Part shown: piece after piece, positions 40,727 to 49,501 of the stretch
Numbering within the stretch: position 1 is the first letter of the stretch
How the letters are laid out: each line of letters opens with the position of its first letter
Source of the DNA: an uncultured delta proteobacterium
GTDB taxonomy: Bacteria; Desulfobacterota; Desulfobacteria; Desulfobacterales; JAFDCJ01
DNA: 63,708 nt
Reading direction: 5' to 3'
NCBI GenBank assembly: GCA_963769935.1
Contig: CAVYNY010000027.1
Span: 1-63,708 of the forward strand
Made by a program: the position numbers and the translations under genes
Notes under the pieces: model-generated
What the model saw: the letters and a program-made list of their open reading frames with translations, nothing else
Database searches by the model: none
What the model was told of the DNA's origin: nothing

Positions 40727-41110
40727 ATGAAAAAAATTTGGATTAACAGAGCCAAGTCTTTTGAAGAGGCACAGGAATTTGATGATACGTATTATTTGAG
40801 CCTTTCATGCCCGGCCGCGCTACACAAAAGATATGGATATTATAGTCGAGCCGACAACCAATAATGCAAAAAAAATACGGTCAAAGGAAATTTCGAATCG
40901 AGCTCAAGATATGGCCGACTTGGAATTGCTGTTATCCAAAAAATGATCCGCTTCAGACCTGACCTCTATTCCAATGATTAATTCTATTGATTCCAACGTA
41001 TTCTTGGATATATTGATCCCTAACTCGGCGCTGGTTCAACCTTCACTTCGGTGCTTATCAAATATTGATTCAAATAAAGATCTGAAAATCCTGAGCCCGT
41101 CAAATTGAAA
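40727..41110 (+). pseudogene. Fragments of toxin-antitoxin genes (nucleotidyltransferase-like and PIN-like)
   Basis: MKKIWINRAKSFEEA; RAQDMADLELL; MINSIDSNVFLDIL. Confidence 0.45.
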
Positions 41111-41475
41111 TACCCGTCAAATTGAAATAGATGATTAAGCCATAATCAGCCTTCCGAAAGTCGCTTCAAAAATTCAGCCCGGATAATCCTTAAATTTGTG
41201 TTCCGGAAACATCCTCACCAGAATGTGAAGTGATTCCCTATTAGGTAACCCACTAAAATTTATACCAAATAGAGAACAGCGCAGCGTCGGGTCGGATCAC
41301 CGAGAATTACTGGGGAAGGTAAAATAACCTGCTTGACAACTGGTTTTTTAGGTGTTAAAAAAATGAAACGCTTGGCTTATAGAGTGAGACGGGCAGGCTT
41401 ACGACTCAATGACCCTCCACCTTGATTTCTCAAAAAAATCAAATTTTCCTAACGGCCAGAACTCGGTGACTTGAG

Positions 41476-42303
41476 ATGGATAAGAAAATTGCCGAAAACC
41501 CTGAGGCAAATCGTTACCGAATTCTGAGCATCACAAAGGCGATGAAAGTTCTCTCGGTATTTGATGCAGACTGTTCTGATTTGAGCATCGGGGAGATTGC
41601 CAACCGGTCAGGTGTTCCAAAGAGCACTGTCCATCGAATTGTTTCATCACTATCTGAATGGAATATTATAGAAACCGGCCCTGAGGGCAAGTGCAGGCTG
41701 GGCCTGAAACTTTTCCAACTGGGCAGTCTCGTTCTGTTGAAAATGGATATCCGCAAAGAAGCGTTACCATTTTTGAAGGAACTGTCCGCAAGAAGGGAAA
41801 CAACGGCTCATCTGGCTATCCGGGACGGAAATCGAGCGATTTATATTGAAAAGATAGAGCAACCCAACTCATTTGTGCAATACTCCCAGGTGGGCAAACA
41901 TTTACCCCTGCATTGTACCGGAATAGGGAAGGTTTTAGCTGCCGATCTGTCTGAAGAAACAGCAGGCAGCCTTATCGGACAAAGTTTTCCAAGGTATACG
42001 GAACATACAATTACAAATCTTGCTTGCCTGTTGAAGGATTTACGGGGGGTGAGGAGAAACGGCTATGCCGTGGACAGCGAAGAATTGATTTCCGGAGTGA
42101 AATGTGTGGCTGCTCCTGTTTTTAATCATAGAGGCGAAGTGGCGGCAGGGGTCAGTTTATCGACAATGTCTTCACTGATGGATAATACAGCAGTTCAAAA
42201 ATTGGCAGAAGATCTGGTAACGGTTGGAATTCAAATATCAAAACGGCTGGGGTTTTCCAATAAAACACGGAATAAGGAATGGCGTCAAAATGTTTCCCTT
42301 TAA
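41476..42303 (+). CDS. IclR family transcriptional regulator
   Basis: HTH SGVPKSTVHRI; LPLHCTGIGKVL; GYAVDSEE; CVAAPV. Confidence 0.95.
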   Translation: MDKKIAENPEANRYRILSITKAMKVLSVFDADCSDLSIGEIANRSGVPKSTVHRIVSSLSEWNIIETGPEGKCRLGLKLFQLGSLVLLKMDIRKEALPFLKELSARRETTAHLAIRDGNRAIYIEKIEQPNSFVQYSQVGKHLPLHCTGIGKVLAADLSEETAGSLIGQSFPRYTEHTITNLACLLKDLRGVRRNGYAVDSEELISGVKCVAAPVFNHRGEVAAGVSLSTMSSLMDNTAVQKLAEDLVTVGIQISKRLGFSNKTRNKEWRQNVSL

Positions 42304-42446
42304 GTAATAATCCTCCGGTCTGGAAGAATTTGGTTCATTGAACGTTTTTGCATAGCTTCCGCGAAATCACCAGAAAAGAGCAAAATTGAAGTTTCTTTTC
42401 CAGATCTTGTTCCATTGTGGGAAAAACAGCTTCAGAGGTAAAAACA

Positions 42447-43949
42447 ATGGTAGTTCCAGCATTAAAGTTAGAGAGCATTGATAAGTGCTTCCCGGGTACC
42501 CAGGCGCTTAAGAATGTGAGCTTTGAGGCATATCCGGGAAAAGTAAGTGCTCTGGTGGGGGCCAACGGTGCGGGAAAATCCACCCTGATAAAGATAGTTT
42601 CAGGTGCCATTGCTAAAGATGCGGGTACCATCTTACTTAATGGCGAGATGGTTGAAATCAGTGGGCCCGCTCATGCGCAGGAATTGGGGATTAGTGTCAT
42701 TTATCAGGATTTTAGTGTTCTTTCAAATCTTACCATAGCTGAAAACCTGTTTTTGGGGCGGGAGTTCGGAAAAGGTCAGTTTATAAACAACCGGAAGCAA
42801 AGTTATCACGCAACTGTGGTGATGGAAAAAGTCGGATTAAAAGGGTACGACCCCGATACCCTCGTCGAATGTCTTTCAAACCCCGAAAAACAGATGCTCG
42901 AGATTGCCAAAGCCCTGTCATTTGATTCAAGGATCATTCTTATGGATGAACCGTCGGCGGTCCTGACCGAAGCTGAGTTGGAGCATCTGTATTCCCAGCT
43001 GTCCATATTGAAAAAACAGGGGATCGCGGTTGTTTTTGTATCCCACCGCATTGACGAGGTTTTAAGCGTAAGTGATTCTATTACTGTGCTAAAAGATGGA
43101 AAAAACGCCGATTTCATGGAAAAGAAAGAGGCAAGTCACGGGCGGGTCGTTATGGCAATGGTGGGACGTGATCTAAGCCGGGAACCAATTCTTGCGGGCG
43201 TTGAACGGTCCAGGGAGCCGGTTCTGGAAGTTTGCGATCTTCACTTCGGAAGAATAGTCCATGGCGTCAACCTTTCCGTTCATGGTGGAGAAATTGTCGG
43301 CCTGGCAGGATTGGTCGGTTCCGGTAGAACGGAAACAGCGCTCTGCATTTTTGGAAGTATTCCGTACCATAAAGGTGAAATCAGAGTAAAGGGTGAGGTT
43401 ATCAAATTCAAACAGCCGAATGCTGCGGTAAGCAAGGGGATCGGTCTGGTTCCCGAGGATCGAAAAGGGTTGGGAATATTAAAGGACATGACTGTTTGTG
43501 AAAACATCAGTCTGGCAGGTTTGGACCTTTTTACCCGTATTGGCGTGATTGATAGTAAAAGAGAAGATCAAAACGCCCAAAGGTTTGTTAAGTCCATGAA
43601 AATTCGGACACCTTCAACAAAACAAATAGTTGGCAACTTGAGCGGAGGAAACCAACAGAAGGTTGTCTTGAGCAAGTGGTGCAGTCTGGACTCAGATATT
43701 CTTATTCTGGATGAACCGACCCAAGGGATCGATATCGGCGCACGTGACGAGATTTACCATATTTTACGCTCATTGGCGGATAGCGGTAAAGCGGTGCTTA
43801 TAATATCGTCAGATCTCGAGGAAGTCGTCAAAATTTGCGACCGGGCCTTGATTATGTATAAAGGGGCTGTAGTAAAGGAATTTAAAAACTCTGAGATAAC
43901 CGAAGAAAAGCTGTTGCTCTACAGCACAGGAGGAGAACAAGAGGGATGA
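42447..43949 (+). CDS. Sugar ABC transporter ATPase (RbsA-like)
   Basis: GANGAGKST, MDEPS, GLVGSGRTE, LSGGNQQK. Confidence 0.95.
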   Translation: MVVPALKLESIDKCFPGTQALKNVSFEAYPGKVSALVGANGAGKSTLIKIVSGAIAKDAGTILLNGEMVEISGPAHAQELGISVIYQDFSVLSNLTIAENLFLGREFGKGQFINNRKQSYHATVVMEKVGLKGYDPDTLVECLSNPEKQMLEIAKALSFDSRIILMDEPSAVLTEAELEHLYSQLSILKKQGIAVVFVSHRIDEVLSVSDSITVLKDGKNADFMEKKEASHGRVVMAMVGRDLSREPILAGVERSREPVLEVCDLHFGRIVHGVNLSVHGGEIVGLAGLVGSGRTETALCIFGSIPYHKGEIRVKGEVIKFKQPNAAVSKGIGLVPEDRKGLGILKDMTVCENISLAGLDLFTRIGVIDSKREDQNAQRFVKSMKIRTPSTKQIVGNLSGGNQQKVVLSKWCSLDSDILILDEPTQGIDIGARDEIYHILRSLADSGKAVLIISSDLEEVVKICDRALIMYKGAVVKEFKNSEITEEKLLLYSTGGEQEG

Positions 43950-44962
43950 GATCGCAAAATGGCCAGGAGTGTATATTAGGCGATAGTGATTTTGAGACGT
44001 CTCTGGGGGGAATTAATTCTTTTAAGAAATTGATTAGATTTCGTGAGTTTGGGGTATTGATCGGGCTTGTGATACTGCTGGTCTTTTTCTCTTTCACCGC
44101 AAGATATTTTTTGAGCTGGGCCAATCTGATAAATGTCGCACGGCAAGTGTCCATGATCGCCATTATGGCGTTCGGCATGACGGTTGTGGTTGTGGCGGGA
44201 GGCATAGACCTTTCGGTAGGTTCGGTAATGGGAGTTTCAGGTGTTTTTACCGCTACCTTGATGATGCAGTATAATGTTCCCATATTTTTTTGCATGATTG
44301 CCGGCATTTTTATGGGAGGTCTGCTGGGGTTGTTTAACGGACTGCTGAATGGTTTTTTTAAAATTCCCTCCTTTATTGCAACACTGGCCATGCTCAACAT
44401 TGCACGAGGGATCGCATTGCTATACACCGACGCAAAACCGATCTATAATCTGCCGGATTCCTTTACTGTTCTGGGAACCGGTTACATGGGTCCGATTCCT
44501 ATCCCCGTCATACTTATGCTCATCATGTTTGCAACTTTTTATTTTTTAATGGGGTATACGAAAATTGGGCGCTATGCATACAGCATCGGTGGGAATGCGG
44601 ATGTTGCGCGGTTGTCAGGTATTAATGTACGCCGATATAGTATAAGTTTTTTTGCGATCAGCGGTTTGATGGCAGGTCTGGCGGGAGTTATTCTGACGGC
44701 CAGGATGGCATCCGGAGAGCCTACATCGGGTGCGGGTTATGAACTCGACGTCATTGCAGCAGTCGTCCTGGGAGGAACCAGCCTTTCCGGGGGTAAGGGA
44801 ACCATGTTGGGGACTTTGATCGGCGCATTCATTATGGGCGTACTGGACAACGGTCTGGCAATGTTAAATGTGCCCCCCTTTGTCCAGATGATATGCAGCG
44901 GTCTGGTAATCGTCCTGGCGGTGGGGGTAAACATGCGCAAATCCAAGGAAATAGTGAAATAG
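43946..44962 (+). CDS. Sugar ABC transporter permease (RbsC-like)
   Basis: GGIDLSVGS, IGGNADVARLSGI, YELDVIAAVVLGGTSLSGGKG. Confidence 0.95.
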   Translation: MRSQNGQECILGDSDFETSLGGINSFKKLIRFREFGVLIGLVILLVFFSFTARYFLSWANLINVARQVSMIAIMAFGMTVVVVAGGIDLSVGSVMGVSGVFTATLMMQYNVPIFFCMIAGIFMGGLLGLFNGLLNGFFKIPSFIATLAMLNIARGIALLYTDAKPIYNLPDSFTVLGTGYMGPIPIPVILMLIMFATFYFLMGYTKIGRYAYSIGGNADVARLSGINVRRYSISFFAISGLMAGLAGVILTARMASGEPTSGAGYELDVIAAVVLGGTSLSGGKGTMLGTLIGAFIMGVLDNGLAMLNVPPFVQMICSGLVIVLAVGVNMRKSKEIVK

Positions 44963-45135
44963 AGTTGCATATGCGTATGGTGATTCCGATTTTTGCCTGG
45001 TAGAGGGGGGGTGATCTTAAATTTACATGGGATAAAGGTAATTATTTTTTGTGAATTCGGTTAAGCGAACGATATTCGCATCATGTTTTTCAATTGCAGT
45101 GAATTTCAAAAGATGAAAATGAAGAGGAGATTAAA

Positions 45136-46110
45136 ATGCAGAAAATTATGAGCAGATTGCTTCTTGTTACTTTGGCATTATCCATGGTTTTTGTATTCGG
45201 ATCCGTCAGCCAAGCAAAAGATTTGGTTTTTGGGGTTATTCAGATGACCCAGGATATCCCTGTTCAGATATATATGAGCAACGGTATGGAAGAAAGGGCC
45301 AAAGAGATCGGAGGAATAAAAATCAATGTCGTCAATGGCCAGTTTGATGTTGCCAAACAAATGAATGCCATAGAAAATTTCATCATCCAAAAGGTAGATG
45401 CCATTATCCTAAACCCTGCCGATGCAGACAGTATCACAAATGGCGTAAAGGCAGCCAATAAAGCAGGAATTCCAGTCATCACTTTTGATACTAATGCCAA
45501 TGGAGGAGATGTTACCGCATTTGTGGAATCGAACAATGGCTTTGCCGGTCACCTCGTGGCAGAATATATGGCCTGGCGGTTAAAGGGTAAAGGAAATGTT
45601 GCCATATTGGATTTGCCGTCTGTTTCGGCAGTTCGGGATAGAACAGCAGCATGGTACAAGGTTATGGCAAAATACCCCGGAATAAAAGTCGTCCAGACTG
45701 AAATTGCGGCAACCGTCCCTGATGGAATAAAACGTTCGGAGAACATTCTCCAGTCTCATCCCGAACTTGATGCGTTTTTCGCCATCAACGACCCGGGTGG
45801 ATTGGGAGCTGTTCAGGCCATTAAAGCCAGAGGTCTCCAGGATAAAATATTCGTGGCCGCCATCGATGGTGATCCTAAAGCGGTTGAACTGGTCAGCAAG
45901 GGCGAAATCTACGGGTTGACAGTCGCGCAGTTTGGTTCTGAAATCGGCCGCGTTGCAACTCAAACCGCCTATGATTATCTTAACGGCAAGAAAGTAGAAA
46001 AACACATCATGGTGCCGGTAATGCCCGTGACTAAGGAAAATTACAAAATGTACCCGGGATGGGAAGGAAAGGTGCCTGCCGACCTGACTCCTCCCTGGAC
46101 CAAAGAGTAA
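45136..46110 (+). CDS. Sugar ABC substrate-binding protein (RbsB-like)
   Basis: Signal peptide; VDAIILNPAD, AGIPVITFD, FAIND, IDG. Confidence 0.93.
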   Translation: MQKIMSRLLLVTLALSMVFVFGSVSQAKDLVFGVIQMTQDIPVQIYMSNGMEERAKEIGGIKINVVNGQFDVAKQMNAIENFIIQKVDAIILNPADADSITNGVKAANKAGIPVITFDTNANGGDVTAFVESNNGFAGHLVAEYMAWRLKGKGNVAILDLPSVSAVRDRTAAWYKVMAKYPGIKVVQTEIAATVPDGIKRSENILQSHPELDAFFAINDPGGLGAVQAIKARGLQDKIFVAAIDGDPKAVELVSKGEIYGLTVAQFGSEIGRVATQTAYDYLNGKKVEKHIMVPVMPVTKENYKMYPGWEGKVPADLTPPWTKE

Positions 46111-46129
46111 TAACTGATATCTTCGTGGC

Positions 46130-46166
46130 GGGGCCTGCACCGGACTGTTCCGGTGCAGGCCTTTCC
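46130..46166 (+). terminator. Intra-operon stem-loop after the binding-protein gene
   Basis: ggcctgcaccgga-ctgt-tccggtgcaggcc. Confidence 0.7.
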
Positions 46167-46192
46167 CGATTAAATTCGAGGAGGATTTTAAC

Positions 46193-47053
46193 ATGTCAGA
46201 TTCACCGATTAAAGCAGGCGAAATTCGCACTTTCGGCAAGATGCCTGTGCCATTTGTGACACCGGAGATGATTTCCCTGATTAAAACCGGGAAAGTATAC
46301 AGTCTGCAGCAAATAATCGAGCCGGGCATACCTTTTTGGAGCGGACACCAGCCTTTGGTTATTTCGCCTCTTCTGAGACACGGCGACAGCCGTTCCGAAT
46401 ATCCGGCTTCGGTTGCCAATGATTTTCTCTCCTTACCCATGCACGGGTCTACCCATATTGACGCCCTGTGCCATATCGGCCAGTATGAAGGGGACAAGAT
46501 CAAACTGTATGGTGGAATTGATGCCGAAAAGTCCCAATCCAATAATGGGCAATTGACACACGGCGCGGAAAATTTCCCTCCCATACTGCTGCGGGGCGTG
46601 CTATTGGACATTGCAGCGTGCAAAGGCGTTGATGTTCTTCCCCCAAGCTATGGCGTTACGGGTGAGGATATTTCGGAATGTGAGGAAAAAGAGAATGTAA
46701 AAGTTACACCGGGCACGGCCGTTCTGATTCGAACGGGATACCAGAAATACTGGCTCACCGACAATGAAAAATATTCATCTTCAGGACCTGGTCCGAATAT
46801 GGATGGAGCCCGGTACTTGGTGGAAAAAGGTGCCACAGTCATAGGTTCCGACACAGAGGCCATGGAGAAGATGCCGCCCAAGGGGCTGGAGGTGCACCGG
46901 TATTTAATCTATGAGAATGGAGTACCACATATTGAAGAACTGTTTTTGGAGAAATTAGCAGAAGAAAAGGTATTCGAGTTCATGTTCATCTGTCTTCCGC
47001 TTCGGATAAAAGGTGCAACAGGATCAATGATTCATCCAATCGCCATACATTAA
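46193..47053 (+). CDS. Cyclase family (kynurenine formamidase-like) metal hydrolase
   Basis: HGSTHIDALCH, VLIRTG, GSDT, PLRIKGATGS. Confidence 0.88.
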   Translation: MSDSPIKAGEIRTFGKMPVPFVTPEMISLIKTGKVYSLQQIIEPGIPFWSGHQPLVISPLLRHGDSRSEYPASVANDFLSLPMHGSTHIDALCHIGQYEGDKIKLYGGIDAEKSQSNNGQLTHGAENFPPILLRGVLLDIAACKGVDVLPPSYGVTGEDISECEEKENVKVTPGTAVLIRTGYQKYWLTDNEKYSSSGPGPNMDGARYLVEKGATVIGSDTEAMEKMPPKGLEVHRYLIYENGVPHIEELFLEKLAEEKVFEFMFICLPLRIKGATGSMIHPIAIH

Positions 47054-47075
47054 GTCGAATCAAGGAGAGTAAACA

Positions 47076-48128
47076 ATGAAAGCAGCTGTCTGGTATGGAA
47101 ATAAAGATATAAGAATAGAAGACCGACCCATCGATAAACCGGCTCCTGACGAAGTTCAAATAAAAGTTATGGCTGTGGGAATCTGCGGTACGGATATACA
47201 TGAATGGTGGGCAGGCCCTATTTTTATGCCTGTGGAGGAACCCCACCCTCTTACGGGAAAAAAAGCTCCCCTTACGGCCGGTCATGAGTTTTCAGGTGTG
47301 ATTTCAGCTGTTGGGTCAGCGGTAAAGGATTTCAAGGTTGGTGATCGGGTTACAACCGATTCAGCGACCTGGTGCGATATATGCGAAAATTGTAAAAAAG
47401 GCTGGCACAGCCTCTGCAAAAATGCGGCATTCCTTGGGTTGAGCCGTGACGGTGCATTTGCCGAATTTGTTAATGTCCCGGCGGCACCTGTGGTTAAGCT
47501 TCCCGACAATGTTTCGTTTGAGTGGGGTGCGATGGTTGAACCTTTTGCGGTTGCTGTTCATGCTCATCGCCGTGCCCGCACCCAGGTGGGTGAGAACATA
47601 GCCATAATAGGCGCGGGAACCATAGGGTTAATGGCGATCCATGTTGCGAAAATTGCAGGGGTCGGCAAGGTTTTTGCAGTGGAAATTTCTGAGAAAAGAA
47701 AAGCCGCTGCTTCCGCTCTGGGGGCAATTGTGCTGGATCCTTCCAAAGAGGATGTGGTAGCCGCTGTCCTCAGCCAGACAGGGAATCGTGGTGTGGATAT
47801 TGTCATGGAAGTAGTGGGGAAACAAGAGACAGTTGACCTGGCATTGTCCCTGCCCTGCACCCGGGGGAGGGTTGTTATAGTCGGAATATTTGAAGAGCCG
47901 ATCAAGATCGACTGGAACAAGATTGTCATGAACGAACTGGAAGTTCTGGGTCATATGAATAATGGAGGGGAGATGCCCCAGGTTCTTGAGCTGATGGCAG
48001 ATGGAAAGTTAAAGGCAGAACAATTTATTACAGGCCGAATCGGGCTTTCGGAAGTTGTCGAGAAAGGTTACAAAGAACTCATCCGTGACAAATCTCACAT
48101 CAAAATCCTGGTGGATCCTTCAAAATAA
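47076..48128 (+). CDS. Zn-dependent dehydrogenase (2,3-butanediol/polyol DH-like)
   Basis: GICGTD, GHEFSG, CDICENC...C, GAGTIG. Confidence 0.92.
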   Translation: MKAAVWYGNKDIRIEDRPIDKPAPDEVQIKVMAVGICGTDIHEWWAGPIFMPVEEPHPLTGKKAPLTAGHEFSGVISAVGSAVKDFKVGDRVTTDSATWCDICENCKKGWHSLCKNAAFLGLSRDGAFAEFVNVPAAPVVKLPDNVSFEWGAMVEPFAVAVHAHRRARTQVGENIAIIGAGTIGLMAIHVAKIAGVGKVFAVEISEKRKAAASALGAIVLDPSKEDVVAAVLSQTGNRGVDIVMEVVGKQETVDLALSLPCTRGRVVIVGIFEEPIKIDWNKIVMNELEVLGHMNNGGEMPQVLELMADGKLKAEQFITGRIGLSEVVEKGYKELIRDKSHIKILVDPSK

Positions 48129-48247
48129 ACAAGGAAGAGAGGATTATTGGCCGGATCCGGTCGTAAACAGAACTCAATGCGGCCGCTGATGGGAAATGTC
48201 AGGGGAAAATACCCTTTCAGGGGTAAAAAATAAAATGGAGATAACCG

Positions 48248-48282
48248 GATAAACCGCCTTTCGGGGCGGTTTATCTTTATTT
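48248..48282 (+). terminator. Intrinsic terminator
   Basis: gataaaccgcc-tttcgg-ggcggtttatc plus T tract. Confidence 0.8.
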
Positions 48283-48323
48283 TAACATTTATTTTATCTC
48301 TCTCATCCCGTCTACTCGAAAAA

Positions 48324-48585
48324 GATGCATTGATCCGTGCCCGGAAATGCGACGAAAAAACTGATTACATGGGATGGGGTGTTACCAACAAAATCGTCGG
48401 TTCAGTAGGCCTGGGGGGAATTGCCAAGGAGTTTTTTAAGCTTTCAAAACCGTTTTTTTATGCATAAATGTGCCGTTGACCCAGGAGACGTATCATCTCA
48501 TAAGTGAAAAGGAACTCGGATGGATGAAACCTTCCGCATTTCTCATAAACACTGCGCGGGGTCCGATTGTCGACCAGAAAGCCTT
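48324..48585 (+). pseudogene. D-2-hydroxyacid dehydrogenase fragment
   Basis: IVGSVGLGGIA...[10 protein letters not shown]...[17 protein letters not shown]. Confidence 0.8.
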
Positions 48586-48656
48586 CAGCTGGAGCAATCA
48601 AAATAACCGGAGGCGATTAAAATTCCGGAGGATTTTAATCGTCTCTGAAAAACGGC

Positions 48657-49255
48657 TTACTTTCCAGGCTTTTTCTTGGCCTGCGCTTCCTCCTCGGCCT
48701 GAATGGCAGCTAATGCCAGCGCTGCGGCGGCCTGGCGCTCAATATCGCTGTCTGTCTCCGCATCATGCGTCCCTTCGTCCGCACCCGCCGCGGTAGAATT
48801 GCGGCTCCTCTCCGGCGGCATGTACACGGTCACATTGCGATGGGCAAACTCGATGCCTTCTTCCTTGAATGCCTCCTGCATGAGCCGATAGACCTCTTTG
48901 CGGATGGCAAACCGATCGCCGGGCTTGGTTTTGTATTTGACCCGCATGATCATGGCCGAGTCGTCCATCTCCCCCACGCCCTGAGACTTGATCGGCTCCA
49001 GCAGTTTGAGTACCAGATCGGGGTCTTCCGCGATTTTATTGTAGACCTTTTTCTTGATAATCCTGCGTATTTTTTCCACGTCGGCGTCTTAGCGCGACCG
49101 GAAGTCAAGCTTCATGATGACGTAGTCACGGCTGAGGTTGGACACCAGTTTGATGTCGCCGAAGGGGATGAAATTGACCATGCCCCGCGAGATGCGCAGC
49201 CTCAGGGAGCGCAGGGAGATGTGCTCCACCATCCCCTTGAATCCGCCCACCTCTA
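48657..49255 (-). pseudogene. MscS mechanosensitive channel, C-terminal fragment
   Basis: GMVEHISLRSLRLR, IPFGDI, NLSRDYVIMKL, QGVGEMDDSAM; internal stop. Confidence 0.8.
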
Positions 49256-49501
49256 AAACCAGTTTTCGATCCAAAAGGGTCTGATAAAGGTAAATACCGG
49301 GTGTTTCGTGGCGGATCGTGGATCTTCAAAACAAAGCTTCTAAAATCAGCCATTCGGTGCGCGGACCTTCCTGACTACCGTAAATTAATGACCCAGCCTG
49401 ACAATATACAGGATTGACCCCATTGAAACGCCGCTTAAACCATGCCATAGAGCAGCTGTTTATTCCCCCGAGTAAGAGTTTCAAGAGTTTCGGTTATACC
49501 A

